NCBI GenBank assembly: GCA_964202905.1
Contig: CAXNJO010000012.1
Coordinates: 32,001-96,000 of the forward strand
Length of the DNA: 64,000 bases
From: Polyangiales bacterium
GTDB taxonomy: Bacteria > Myxococcota_A > Polyangia > Polyangiales > JADJQN01
Reading direction: 5' to 3'
Shown: positions 20,004-30,737 of the stretch, piece by piece
How positions within the stretch are numbered: position 1 is the stretch's first letter
Layout of the letters: each line of letters opens with the position of its first letter
Notes under the pieces: generated by a model
Seen by the model: the letters and a program-made list of their open reading frames with translations, nothing else
Told to the model about the DNA's origin: nothing
Database searches by the model: none
Program-made: the position numbers and the translations under genes

Positions 20004-21584
20004 ATGATCACGCTCCAGAGCTACCTGAAAGGCACCTTCGTCGCCGGCGATGCCGCGGGCCACGCGACGCTCGTCAACCCGGCGACCGAGGCCCCCGTCG
20101 CCGTGACGAGCACGCGCGGGCTCGACCTCGCGGAGGCGCTCGCGTGGGGGCGCGACACGGGCGGCCCGACGCTGCGCGCGATGACGTTCGCCGAGCGCGG
20201 TGCGGTGCTCGAGGGCATGAGCAAAGCGCTCCACCAGGTGCGCGACGCGCTCATCGAGGCGTCGGTGGTGAACGCCGGCACGACGCGCTCGGACTCCAAG
20301 TTCGACATCGACGGCGCGACGGGCACGCTCGCCTTCTACGCGGCCCTCGGGAAGAAGCTCGGCAACGCGCGCACGCTCACGGACGGCGCGGGCGAGCAGC
20401 TCACGCGGAGCGCGCGCTTCTTCGGGCGGCACGTGAAGACGCCGCGCCGCGGCGTCGCGGTGCACATCAACGCCTTCAATTTCCCGGCGTGGGGCCTCGC
20501 GGAGAAGGCCGCCGTCGCGATCCTCGCGGGCGTGCCCGTCGTCTCCAAGCCCGCGACGAGCACGGCGCTCGCGACCTTCCGGCTCGTCGAGCGGCTGCAC
20601 GAGGCGAAGGTGCTGCCCGAGGGCGCGCTGCAGGTGGTGTGCGGTTCGGCCGGCGACCTGCTCGATCACCTCGGCCCGCAGGACGTGCTCGCGTTCACGG
20701 GCGGCAGCAGCACGGCGCGCGTGATGCGGCAGCTGCGCGCCGCCGTCGAGCGCAACGTGCGCGTGAACATCGAGGCCGACTCGCTGAACGCCGCCGTGCT
20801 CGGGCCCGACGTCGAGCCGGGGTCGGAGCTCTGGCAGATGTTCGTGCGCGACGTCGTGCGCGAGATGACGCAGAAGACGGGGCAGAAGTGCACCGCGACG
20901 CGCCGCGTCTTCGCGCCGCGCGCGCACCTCGACGCGCTCCAAGACGAGCTCGCGTCACGCCTCGGCGAGATCAAGTACGGCGACCCGGCGAACGACGAGG
21001 TGCGCATGGGGCCGCTCGCGACGGCACAGCAACTCACGGACGCGCGGGCGGGCGTCGCGGCGCTCGTCGCGGGCGGCGCGCGGCTCGTGCACGGCAGCCC
21101 CGAGCACGTGGCCCCGATCGGCGTCGAGGCGGGGCGCGGCTACTTCATGCAGCCGCTGCTCCTGCGCGCGGACGCGCCGCACGGGGCGCACATCGTTCAC
21201 GAGCACGAGGTCTTCGCGCCCTGCGCGACGCTGATGGGCTACGCGGACGCCGACGACGCCGCCACGCTCGTCGCGCGCGGGGGCGGCACGCTCGTCTCGA
21301 GCGTGTACTCGGACGATCGCGCGGCGCTCGAGGTGCTCGTCGCGGGCATCGCGCCGTTCACGGGGCGGCTGCTCATCGGCAGCAGCAAGGTCGCCGATCA
21401 GGCCATCTCGCCGGGTCTGGTCCTGCCCTCGTGCGTGCACGGCGGACCGGGGCGCGCGGGCGGCGGCGAAGAGCTCGGCGGCGAACGCGGGCTCGACTTC
21501 TACCTGCAGCGCACGGCGCTCCAGGGAGACCGCGCCGTGCTCGATCGTCTCACCCCCGGGAGCGACGCGCCGCAGACCGGCTGA
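20004..21584 (+). CDS. Aldehyde dehydrogenase, BoxD/PaaZ N-domain type
   Basis: HINAFNFPAWG, FTGGS, EADSLN, MTQKTGQKCTA, HGGPGRAGGGEELGG; no MaoC domain. Confidence 0.9.
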   Translation: MITLQSYLKGTFVAGDAAGHATLVNPATEAPVAVTSTRGLDLAEALAWGRDTGGPTLRAMTFAERGAVLEGMSKALHQVRDALIEASVVNAGTTRSDSKFDIDGATGTLAFYAALGKKLGNARTLTDGAGEQLTRSARFFGRHVKTPRRGVAVHINAFNFPAWGLAEKAAVAILAGVPVVSKPATSTALATFRLVERLHEAKVLPEGALQVVCGSAGDLLDHLGPQDVLAFTGGSSTARVMRQLRAAVERNVRVNIEADSLNAAVLGPDVEPGSELWQMFVRDVVREMTQKTGQKCTATRRVFAPRAHLDALQDELASRLGEIKYGDPANDEVRMGPLATAQQLTDARAGVAALVAGGARLVHGSPEHVAPIGVEAGRGYFMQPLLLRADAPHGAHIVHEHEVFAPCATLMGYADADDAATLVARGGGTLVSSVYSDDRAALEVLVAGIAPFTGRLLIGSSKVADQAISPGLVLPSCVHGGPGRAGGGEELGGERGLDFYLQRTALQGDRAVLDRLTPGSDAPQTG

Positions 21585-21653
21585 CGCGCGGCAGGCCGGC
21601 CAACGCGTACCGAACACCCTCTTCCACGATTGTCGCCACTCGATGAACCACGC

Positions 21654-22187
21654 ATGAGCACCTCGTACCTCGTCCTCTCGGCCCTCGGGCCCGATCGCCC
21701 CGGCCTCGTCGCCGACCTCACCACCTTCCTCGCCGAGCGCGGCGCGAACGTCGAAGACAGCCGCATGGCCGTGCTCGGCGGCGAGTTCGGCATGATGGCG
21801 CTCGTGTCCGGTCCGGACGAGGCGATCGCGCGCGTCGAGCAGGAGCTCGCACAGCTCGAGCCGAAGACGGGCGCGGCGTTCGTCTCGCGGCGCACGCGCA
21901 GCCCCGAAGAGCACAGGAAGGGCGAGGCGCTGCCCGTCACGATCGAGGCCGAGTCGTTCGACCGAGAAGGCATCGTGCGCGCCATCGCCGCGGCGCTCGA
22001 GGCGCTCGCGATCAACATCGTGTCGCTCGAGACGACGCAGTGGAGCGCGCCGTTCACGGGCGCGACGCTCTTCCGCATCGTGGTGCAGGCGGATGTGCCG
22101 CGCGCGACGGGCCTCCTTCAGCTGCGCCGCGCGATGGAAAAGGTCGGCGTCGAGGAGAGCCTCGACATCGAGGTGCGCACGCGCTGA
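21654..22187 (+). CDS. Two-ACT-domain protein (GcvR-like)
   Basis: LSALGPDRPGLV...NVEDSRM...DREGIV...NIVSLET. Confidence 0.88.
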   Translation: MSTSYLVLSALGPDRPGLVADLTTFLAERGANVEDSRMAVLGGEFGMMALVSGPDEAIARVEQELAQLEPKTGAAFVSRRTRSPEEHRKGEALPVTIEAESFDREGIVRAIAAALEALAINIVSLETTQWSAPFTGATLFRIVVQADVPRATGLLQLRRAMEKVGVEESLDIEVRTR

Positions 22188-22241
22188 GCGGGCCGCGCGC
22201 ATGCCCCCGCACGCGCGTGTCGACGCGGCGGTGAGCGCCGA

Positions 22242-23414
22242 TCAGCGCGCGAACCCGAGCGCGTCGAGCGAGGCGCCCCAGAGCGCGCCACCGAGCAGGA
22301 GCGGCGTGACCGGCATGCGCCGACGCACGAGCAGCCAGGCCGCGCCGACGCCGAGCGCGAGCGTCGGCAGGTCGACGAGCGCCGCGCGCGCGAGCTGCAC
22401 GAGCACCGCGGCCATCAGCGCGAGCGAGGCGACGTTGACGCCGTCGAGGAAGGCCGACGCGCCCGGCGAGCGGCGGATCCACGGCACGAGCGGGCCGCTC
22501 AGCGCCACGTAGACGAACGCCGGCGCGAAGATGCCCGCGGTCGCGACGAGCGCGCCCGGGACGCCCGCGAGCACGTAGCCGAGGAACGTCGCGGTGGTGA
22601 AGACGGGGCCCGGCGTCACCTGCCCGACGGCGACCGCGTCGAGGAGCTGCGCGTCGCTGATCCAGCCGAGCCGCGCGACGAGCTCAGCGCGGAGGAACGC
22701 CACGAGCACGTAGCCGCTGCCGAAGAGCACCGCCCCGATCTTCGCGAAGATCAGGAAGATCGGGGGGAGCGCGGGTGCGCCCGCGACGCTGCCGGCAGCG
22801 GCCGCGAGCGAGGCGAGCGGTGCGAGCTGGTGCAGACCGGGACCGCGGCGCCCGGGGCCGGCGACCCGCGCGGAGAGCCACATCCCGAGCCCCGCGCCGA
22901 CGAGGATCGCGAGCTCGCCCACGCCGGCGAGCGCGAGGACGAGCGCGACGACGCCGAGCACGCGCAGACGCAGGTCACGCGCGGCCGTCGGGGCCAGGGC
23001 CACGATGGCCTGCGCGATGACCCCGAGGATCACGGGCTTGACGCCGTAGAGGACCCCGCCGACGTACGGGCGCGCGCCGAAGCGCACGTAGGCCCACGCG
23101 CACGCGCCGGTGATCGCCATCGCCGGCACGATGAACGCGAGGCCCGCGACGACGAGTCCGGTCCAGCGCCTGCGCTCCCAGCCGATGTGGATCGCGAGCT
23201 CGGTCGAGCTCGGGCCGGGGATGAGCGCGGTCGCGCCGACGAGATCGAGGAAGCGCGCCTCCGTCAGCCAGCGGCGACGCACGACGACCTCCTCGCGCAT
23301 CATCGCGACGTGCACCGCCGGGCCGCCGAACGAGGTCGCGCCTAGGCGGGCGAACAGCACCGCAAGCTCACGCAGCGAGGTGCGTGATGCGGGCGAGGAC
23401 GCGCCCTCGCTCAC
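22242..23414 (-). CDS. chrA: Chromate efflux transporter (CHR family)
   Basis: SFGGP, IPGPSS, FGSGYVL, GQVTPGP. Confidence 0.93.
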   Translation of the reverse strand: MSEGASSPASRTSLRELAVLFARLGATSFGGPAVHVAMMREEVVVRRRWLTEARFLDLVGATALIPGPSSTELAIHIGWERRRWTGLVVAGLAFIVPAMAITGACAWAYVRFGARPYVGGVLYGVKPVILGVIAQAIVALAPTAARDLRLRVLGVVALVLALAGVGELAILVGAGLGMWLSARVAGPGRRGPGLHQLAPLASLAAAAGSVAGAPALPPIFLIFAKIGAVLFGSGYVLVAFLRAELVARLGWISDAQLLDAVAVGQVTPGPVFTTATFLGYVLAGVPGALVATAGIFAPAFVYVALSGPLVPWIRRSPGASAFLDGVNVASLALMAAVLVQLARAALVDLPTLALGVGAAWLLVRRRMPVTPLLLGGALWGASLDALGFAR

Positions 23415-24193
23415 GCGAGCCCGGCGACGAAGTCACGCACGCGGGGCGCGATGCGCGGCGCCTGATCGAGGGGGAGCATGTGGCCCGCGCCGGGGAAGAT
23501 CTCGAGGCGCGCGCCGCGCAACGTCGCCGCGAGGTGTTGCGCGTACTTCGGCGGCGTGAGCGGATCGTCGGCGCCCGCGAGGACGAGGGCGGGCGCGTCG
23601 ATCGCGTCGAGGGCGCGGAGGCGGTCGAAGGCGTCCGCGGCGAGCCAATCCGCGAGCGAGGTCGCAGGGGGCACGGCTCGCGCGTGCGCATCGATCGCGG
23701 CGATGCGCGCGGGATCGGCGCCGGGCGACCAGCCGAGGAGCGACGCGCTCTCCGTCGACGACGACGCCTGCACGCGCATCGCCTCGAGCACGCTCGGGTG
23801 CACCCGCAGGCGCGCGCCCGTCGACGCGAGCACGAGCCCCGCGAGCGGGCGCGTCGCCGCGAGCTCGAGCGCGACACCGCCGCCGAGCGAATGCCCGAAC
23901 ACGACGGCGCGCGGCGCGTCGAGCGCGTCGAGCACGCCCCCGACGAAGGTCGCGAGCGCCGCGACGGACGCGCACGGCGCGCCGGGCGTGCCACCGCGCC
24001 CCGGCAGATCGGGGGCGATCACGTCGAGCTCCGGGAGCGCCTCGGCGAGCGGATCGGCGACGTGCCGGTCGCAGCCCGCCCCATGCACGAAGAGCAGCAC
24101 GCCGACACGCGGCGCGCGCGCACGGTGCACGGCGACCGTGGTCTCGCGCCCCGCCGCGCGGACGTGGACGAGCGTGGGGCCGGGCGCGCTCAC
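23411..24193 (-). CDS. Alpha/beta hydrolase
   Basis: FVHGAG, PDLPGRG, GHSLGG, GADDPLTP, GAGHM. Confidence 0.9.
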   Translation of the reverse strand: MSAPGPTLVHVRAAGRETTVAVHRARAPRVGVLLFVHGAGCDRHVADPLAEALPELDVIAPDLPGRGGTPGAPCASVAALATFVGGVLDALDAPRAVVFGHSLGGGVALELAATRPLAGLVLASTGARLRVHPSVLEAMRVQASSSTESASLLGWSPGADPARIAAIDAHARAVPPATSLADWLAADAFDRLRALDAIDAPALVLAGADDPLTPPKYAQHLAATLRGARLEIFPGAGHMLPLDQAPRIAPRVRDFVAGLA

Positions 24194-25041
24194 GCGAGGC
24201 TCCCCGCGACGCTCGCGCGCACGAGCGACTGGAAACGGAAGCGACGCTCCGGCGCGTACACGCCCGAGAGGTTGAGCGACAGCGCGTCGAAGCCCTGCAC
24301 GCTCACGCGTCGGAAGCCCGCGTCGTGCACGAGGCGCACGGGGTCGTTCGTGCCGAAGTGCAGCGGCTCGCCGAGCTGCGCGACGCCCTCGCGCGCGGCG
24401 AGGTCGGAGGCGTCGTCGATCTCGCCCGCCGCGAAGCGCCGCCGCACGACGTCGAAGGCGACGATCGAGTGTGGCTCGCAGCCCTGCGCGAGGCGCGCGA
24501 GCGTCGCGCAGACCGCGGGCTCGCGGAGATAGTAGGTGACGCCCTCCCACACGAAGAGCGCGGGGCGCCCGACGTCGAAGCCACGCGCGACGAGGCGGTC
24601 GAGAAAGTCCTCGCGCGCGAAGTCGCACGGCACGTACGTGGCTGCGTCGCGCGGGTACGTCGGCAGCCGCGTGAGGCGCGCGAGCTTGTCCGCCTGGCTC
24701 GCGGGCTGGTCGACCTCGAAGACGCGCACGCCCCGCATCGCGAGACGCGCGGCGCGCGTGTCGAGCCCCGCACCGAGCACGACGATCTGCCCGAATCCAC
24801 TCGAGATTCTGGCGCGCACCTCGGCGTCGAGCGCGGCCGTGCGCGTCGCGATCCACGCCTCGATGTGCGGGAAGGCGCGCTCGTAGTCGGCCGCGTAGGC
24901 GAGCCCTTCGTCGCCCGCGAGCGCGGCGGCGAACCGGTCGTCGCAGAGTCCGTCGCCGCGTGCGGTCGCGCGACCGCGGAGCGCAGCGACCATGACCGCG
25001 GTGCGGCTCGCGCGCGGAGCCTCGGCAGGGAGTGTGTCCAT
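24190..25041 (-). CDS. SAM-dependent methyltransferase (leucine carboxyl methyltransferase-like)
   Basis: QIVVLGAGLDTR, FEVDQP, WEGVTYYL. Confidence 0.92.
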   Translation of the reverse strand: MDTLPAEAPRASRTAVMVAALRGRATARGDGLCDDRFAAALAGDEGLAYAADYERAFPHIEAWIATRTAALDAEVRARISSGFGQIVVLGAGLDTRAARLAMRGVRVFEVDQPASQADKLARLTRLPTYPRDAATYVPCDFAREDFLDRLVARGFDVGRPALFVWEGVTYYLREPAVCATLARLAQGCEPHSIVAFDVVRRRFAAGEIDDASDLAAREGVAQLGEPLHFGTNDPVRLVHDAGFRRVSVQGFDALSLNLSGVYAPERRFRFQSLVRASVAGSLA

Positions 25042-25077
25042 GGCGGCGTGAGCGTAATGCGCGCGAACGTCGGGCGA

Positions 25078-27949
25078 TCAGCGATTCTTGCGCCGCTCGA
25101 GCAGGCGCTCGGCGAGCGACGCGGGCGGCGCGCGCGACGGCGTGGACGAGGCCGACGCGTCCGCGGCGACGCGTCCGCGGCGGCAGTCGGCAAGCGCCCG
25201 GGGCGTCTGCCGGAGCGCGCACGGCGGCAGGCGTCACCGACGCGCGCGGCGCGGTCGGTGCGTCGGGGTCCGCCACGGCCGGTGCGTCGACGTTGGTCGG
25301 CACCGCTGCGCGGGGACGCCGTGCCACGCGGGCACGCGCACGCAGCCATGCCGGGACGAGCCGCGCGACGAGACGCTCGGGCAGCACGAGGCGGCGCAGC
25401 GCGACCGACGCGAGCAGCAGCACGAGCGCGAGCCGCACGAGCGCAGGCCAGAGCGGCGCGAACGCTCCGACGGGCGGGGGACGCGCGCCGAAGACCGCGC
25501 CGAGGTCACGCAGGACGCGGCCACCGGTCATCCCGGCGATCTGCGCGAGCTTCGCGTGGTCCGTGCCCTCGCCGCGCAGCTCGTCGCCCGCCGCGCGCAC
25601 CGCGCCCGCGCTGCCGACGAGTCCGCGGCCGCGCTCGCCGACCGTGACGAGGTAGGAGCCCGGCGCGTCGGCCTCGAAGCTGCCCTCGTAGCGTCCGGCG
25701 CCCGTCTGCACGAGCGCGACGTCGCGCGCCTCGCCCCCGGGCCCGGCGACCGTCGCGCTGAGCTCGAGGTGGTTGCGGTAGCGCCCGTCCGCGTCGACCG
25801 CCTCGACGCGCACGCGGCCGCGTCCCCCCACGATCTCCGTGGCGACGCGCGCGTCACGCCGCTCCGGAGAGCGCGCGAGGTCCCGCGCGAGCTGCCCGAA
25901 GAGCGCGCCGTATCCGTCCCACCCGAGCCAGGGGCGCGAGAGCGACGCCCCGGCGTCCGCCGCGAACACGGCGCTCCGCCCGAGCCCGTACTGCCAGACG
26001 AGCAGGAGCGGGTCCTCCCGCGTCGCGCCGAGCACGCGCTGCGCACGCGCGCGGGGATTGAGCACGACGTAGCCGGCGAGCGGTGGCGCCGCGTCGAGGT
26101 CGAGCCCGCGCGTCGCCGGCGAGGGGACGCCCGGGAGGGGGCGCGTCGGCTGCTCGACGACCGTCGCGCGGCTCGCCTCGAGCGTCTCCTGCGTGAAGAT
26201 GCGCGGCAGCTCGTGGAGGTCGTCGACGATGTAGAAGCGCCCGCCGCCGAGCCGCGAGAGCTGCTCGAGTTCCGGCGTGTCGGCGCCGGTGCCCATCGAG
26301 ACGACCGACGTCGTGATGCGCGCGCCGACCGCGGCGCGCACGAGCCCGCGCGCGGCGCGCATCTCCTCGGAGTCGCTGCCGTCGCTGAAGAGCAGCAGGT
26401 GCTTGAGCTGCGCGCGCTCCCCGCGAAGCGCGCCGTACGCGGCCTCGAGCGTCGGGTCCACGTAGATGCCGCCGCCCCCCACGGTCGCGCGGCGCACGCG
26501 CGCGGCGATCTGCGACGGATCGTCGACCGGGCCGAGCGGCACCGTCCACCCGACCTCGGTGTCGACGTGCGCGATCCCGAGGCGATCGAGCGGCGAGAGC
26601 AGCAGCGCCGAGCGCGCCGCGGCCTCGTTGGCGAGGTCGAGCTTCGTCGTGCCGGGCGACACCTCCACGCTCATCGAGCCGCTCTTGTCGATCGCGATCA
26701 CCATCGCGAGCGAGGCCCGGTCACGACGCTTGCGGAGGTCGAAGGTCGCGGGGAGCGCGTCTTCGACGGGCGTCGAGGCGTAGCCGCCGAGCCCGAACGC
26801 GTCGCGCGCGCCGAGCATGAGCAGCCCGCCCCCGAGCTCGCGCACCCACGCGGCGATCTGCGCGAGCCCAGCGGTCGTGAAGGCGCGCGCGCCGAGGTCC
26901 GAGAGCACGACGAGGTCGAAGCCCGCGAGCGTGCCGAGATCCGCGGGCACCCCCGTGCGGTCCCGCAGCGCGACCTCGAAGCCCGCGCCCACGAGAGACG
27001 CGACGAGGGCCTCCGCCTCGGGCGGCCGGTCGGAGAGCACGAGCGCCCGCGCACCGCCCGACACCCGCACGAACGCCCCGCCCGCGTTGTTCTCGCGCGC
27101 GGCGTCCGCGCCCGCCTCCACCGGATCGAGCAGCACCTCGTAGCGGTGCACCCCGGGCTCGGCGGCGACGTCCCGCACCGTGAGCACGTCGTCCCCCGCG
27201 CCGATGCGCGTGCGCGCCGAGAGCCAGGGCTCGCCGTCGCGCAGGACGCGGAGATCGACCTCGGCCTCGTGCGTCGCGCGCGTGACGACGCGGAGCGCGA
27301 TCGGCTCGCGCGGGTCCGCGCGCTCGGGCAGGCGCACGCGCTCGATCGCCACCTCGCGGACCGGGGCGCGCTCGAGGGGGAGCACGTCGATGGTCACGCC
27401 GCGCGCGGCCGCGAGCGTCGCCGCCGCGAGCGCGTCGCCGCGCGTCTCGACGCCGTCGGAGACGAGGACGATCCGACCCGCGTGGTCGGCCGGTAGATCG
27501 CCGAGCGCGCGGCGGATCGCGGCGGCGAGATCCGTCGCATCGCGCGGGACGCTCGCCTGCACGGCGCCGATCACGGGCGCCGGCGCGGGCACGACCTCCG
27601 TCGCGGCCTCGGCGCCGAACACGACGAGCCCCGCCCGATCGTCGGGCCGCATCGCGCCCACCGCGCGCCGGATCCCAGCGAGCGCCCGCGCCGCGCCCGC
27701 ATCCCCCGCGCGCTCGACCGAGCGGCTGCGATCGAGCGCGAAGACGACCGCGAGCCGATCGCGCCGCGTGCCCCACTCGAGACCGCCGAGCGCGAGCGCG
27801 CCGCTGAGCACCGCGAGCGCCATGAGCCCCTGCACCCCGCGCCGACGCGCGCCCGCGTGCTCGCGCGGGAGGCGCCGCAACCGCACGACGACGAGCGCCC
27901 ACGCGAGCAGGCCGAGCGCGAGCAGCCACGGCGCACCGACGCGGATCAC
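25078..27949 (-). CDS. Membrane protein with two VWA domains and a GATase-like domain, frameshift near 25190
   Basis: DRSRS and DKSGS MIDAS motifs, VSDG/FSDG, GGGLLMLG...FGLGGY; C-terminus SLAERLLERRKNR* at 25078. Confidence 0.85.
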
Positions 27950-29871
27950 GTCGCCCCCGCGCGCGTCGCCCAGAGCGCCTCGAGCACGAGCAGCAGCAGC
28001 AGGCCCCCGACGAGATACGGCCAGAGTTCGGCCGTCGCCTCGCGCTGCGCGACCGCCCGCACCACGCCGCCCGCGCTGCCGCGCTCGAAGCGCGCGCGCG
28101 GCCGCACGTCGCTCTCGCGCTCGTCGAGCAGGTTGCGCAGCGCGAACGTGCGCCGCTCCCCGACGCGCACGCCGTACACGCCCGCCTCCGCGCCGACCGG
28201 TACCAGCGCGAGCCCGCCGCGCGCGACGGCCCGGAGCGCGGCGCCGCCGGGCGTCTCGACCTCGACGGTGGCGCCCTCCGCTGCCGGGATCCGCAGCGGC
28301 TCTCCGCAGCGGCCGGGCGCGACGCCGCCCGCCGCCCGCCGCGACCGCGCACGCTCGACGACGTTGCGGAGGAACACCACGAACGACGCGCGCGCGGGCC
28401 AGTCGCTGCGCGAAGGGTCGAAGGCGAGGATCGTCGTCTCGCCCGCCGGCCGCTGCTGCACCGCGGCTACGGCGCCGACGTCGGCCGCGATGAGCGCGGG
28501 CAGCCCGCCGCGCACCGTGCGCGCCGCCGCGACGCGCACCTCACCGAGCGCGACGAAGCGCAGGCGCGGGTCGCCCTCCTCCCAGCGCACGAGGCGCGGG
28601 CGCTGCACCTCGGGACCGAGCGGCGCACCGAAGACGGCGGCGCCCGTCGGCGCGAGGACCAGCGAGTCCCCGGGCGGCGCCTGCGCGGGCGTCTCCCCGG
28701 TGTAGACGACGAGCCCATCGAGCGGCTCGGCCGACGCCTCCCGCGCGAGCGCGGCGAGCGACGTCGCGAACAGCTCGACCCCCGGATCCGCCCGCAGCGC
28801 ACGCTCGACCGGCTCTGGCGTCGGGCCGACGAGGAAGACCGGGAGCCGCCGCGCGCCCGGTCCCGGGACGACCACGCGATCATCGAGCGCGAGCGCGTCT
28901 TCGGCGCCTGCGTCGACGGCGCGGCCCGAACGCGACAACGACACGCGCACCAGCGCGCCGCGGCCGGCCGCATCGGGCGGGAGATCGGCCGCCATGACGA
29001 TCGACGCACGACCATCTCTGGAGATGGTCACTTTTCGCGAGGCGACGACGCCGCCGCCCTCGACGCTCGCGGTCACGTACAGCTCGGCCGACCGCGAGGC
29101 AAAGCGCGCGAGCCGCACGAAGATCTCCGCACGATCGGGCGACTCCGCGCCCTCGCGCGGGCGCACGTCGACCGCCACGATGCCCGTGTTGTCCGCTGCC
29201 GCGCCGCCCACCCCGACACGGCGCACCTCGACCGGGACGCGCCCCCCGTCGAGCACCTGCGCGCCCTCGCCCGCCGCGTCGGTGAACACCACGATGCGCG
29301 CGCCGCCCGGCGCCCCGCGTACCCGCTCCGCCGCGAGCGCGACCGCTTCCCCGAGATCGGCGCCCGCGCCCCGCACTCGCACCGCGGCGAGCGCACGCTC
29401 GAGCGCACCACGGTCGCGCGTCGGCGCGGTGAGCACCGCCGCGTCCGGCCCGGCTTCGACGAGCGTCATCGTGCCGCCCGTGGGCAGCCCCCGTGCGAGC
29501 GCGCGCACCGCCTCGACGGCCTCGGCGAGCCGCGTCACGGCGCCCGGCGTCGCGGGTGCCGCGCTCGCCGCCATGGACGCGCTCGTGTCGATCACCACCG
29601 CGAGAAGCGCGCCCGCCGGCGCGTCACCCGCGCCCACGGGCCGCGCGAGCGCCACCGCCCCCGCGACGAGGGCGAGCGCCTGCAAGGCGAGCGCGACCTG
29701 CGGCAACAGCCGACGAAACGGGCTCTCCGCGCGCAGGTCGCGGAGCGCGAGCGCCCAGAGCAGCGTCGAGCCGACCTCCCGCGCCTGGCGCCGGCGCTTG
29801 AGCACGTAGAGCGCGACGAGCGGCACGAGCAGCCCCGCCCAGAGCAGGGAGAGCGGCGAGAGCCAGGTCAT
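27946..29871 (-). CDS. BatA-N/VWA domain membrane protein
   Basis: LVALYVLKRR...STLLW, LARP, DTSASM, VFTD, C-terminal ELWPYL...EALWA. Confidence 0.88.
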   Translation of the reverse strand: MTWLSPLSLLWAGLLVPLVALYVLKRRRQAREVGSTLLWALALRDLRAESPFRRLLPQVALALQALALVAGAVALARPVGAGDAPAGALLAVVIDTSASMAASAAPATPGAVTRLAEAVEAVRALARGLPTGGTMTLVEAGPDAAVLTAPTRDRGALERALAAVRVRGAGADLGEAVALAAERVRGAPGGARIVVFTDAAGEGAQVLDGGRVPVEVRRVGVGGAAADNTGIVAVDVRPREGAESPDRAEIFVRLARFASRSAELYVTASVEGGGVVASRKVTISRDGRASIVMAADLPPDAAGRGALVRVSLSRSGRAVDAGAEDALALDDRVVVPGPGARRLPVFLVGPTPEPVERALRADPGVELFATSLAALAREASAEPLDGLVVYTGETPAQAPPGDSLVLAPTGAAVFGAPLGPEVQRPRLVRWEEGDPRLRFVALGEVRVAAARTVRGGLPALIAADVGAVAAVQQRPAGETTILAFDPSRSDWPARASFVVFLRNVVERARSRRAAGGVAPGRCGEPLRIPAAEGATVEVETPGGAALRAVARGGLALVPVGAEAGVYGVRVGERRTFALRNLLDERESDVRPRARFERGSAGGVVRAVAQREATAELWPYLVGGLLLLLVLEALWATRAGAT

Positions 29872-30737
29872 CCGTCCGACCGCAGCCAGGCGAGGAGCGC
29901 CTCTTCGAAGGGCACGTCGCCGCCCGCGAGCACGTAGGCGAAGCCGCGCCGCTTCGCGTAGCCGCGCACGCCCGCGAGGAAGGCGTCGAGCCGCGCGCGG
30001 TAGGCCGCGATCGCGCGCGCGTCGAGCGTGACCTCGACCCGCGTGCCGCGCTCGGCGTCGACGAGCACGAGGTCGCCGCCTGGTGTCGGCGCGAGCTCCT
30101 CGGCGTCGAGGACGTGGAACAAGACGGGCTCGTGCCGCGCGGCCGCGAGCCGGTCGAGCGCGCGCTCGTAGCCGCCCGGGTCGAGCAGATCGCTGATCAC
30201 CGCGACGACCCCGGGACGCGGCGCCCCGGCGAGGAACTGCTCGACCGCGCGCGCGAGATCCGTCTCGCCGCTCGGCGTGAGCGCGTCGAGATGTCGCAGC
30301 AGCGCGCCCACGCGGCGGGCCCCGCGCGCCGGCGGCAGACCGCGACCGAGCGCCCCTGCGAAGGGCACCACCGCGACGCGCTCGCTGCCCGTGAGCCCGA
30401 GGTAGCCGAGCGCCGCCGCGATGCGCCGCGCGACGTCGAACTTCGGCGGCGTCCCGAGCGCGAGCGAGCGGCTCGTGTCGAGCAGCAGGTAGAGCGTCAG
30501 CTCCTCCTCGGCGACGTACAGACGCAGGACGAGCTCTTCGAGTCGCGCGTACGCGTTCCAGTCGATGCGCCGCACGTCGTCGCCCGCGAAGTAGGGCCGG
30601 TGGTCGGCGAACTCCGCGCTCGCGCCGCGCCGCAGCGACCGCCTCGCCCCGCCCGCGGAGCCCGCGAAGCGACGCCGCGCCACGACGCGCAGCCGCGCGA
30701 GCCGCCGCAGGAACGCCGGGTCGAGCAGCGTGCTCAC
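29868..30737 (-). CDS. DUF58 protein (MoxR partner)
   Basis: EFADHRPYFAGDDVRRIDWN, LLDTSRS, VISDLLD. Confidence 0.93.
   Translation of the reverse strand: MSTLLDPAFLRRLARLRVVARRRFAGSAGGARRSLRRGASAEFADHRPYFAGDDVRRIDWNAYARLEELVLRLYVAEEELTLYLLLDTSRSLALGTPPKFDVARRIAAALGYLGLTGSERVAVVPFAGALGRGLPPARGARRVGALLRHLDALTPSGETDLARAVEQFLAGAPRPGVVAVISDLLDPGGYERALDRLAAARHEPVLFHVLDAEELAPTPGGDLVLVDAERGTRVEVTLDARAIAAYRARLDAFLAGVRGYAKRRGFAYVLAGGDVPFEEALLAWLRSDG

Noticed and set aside
23411..27949. 1512-aa VWA-hydrolase fusion ORF
   Set aside because: Artefact of a frameshift near 25190; the middle overlaps a clear methyltransferase gene in another frame
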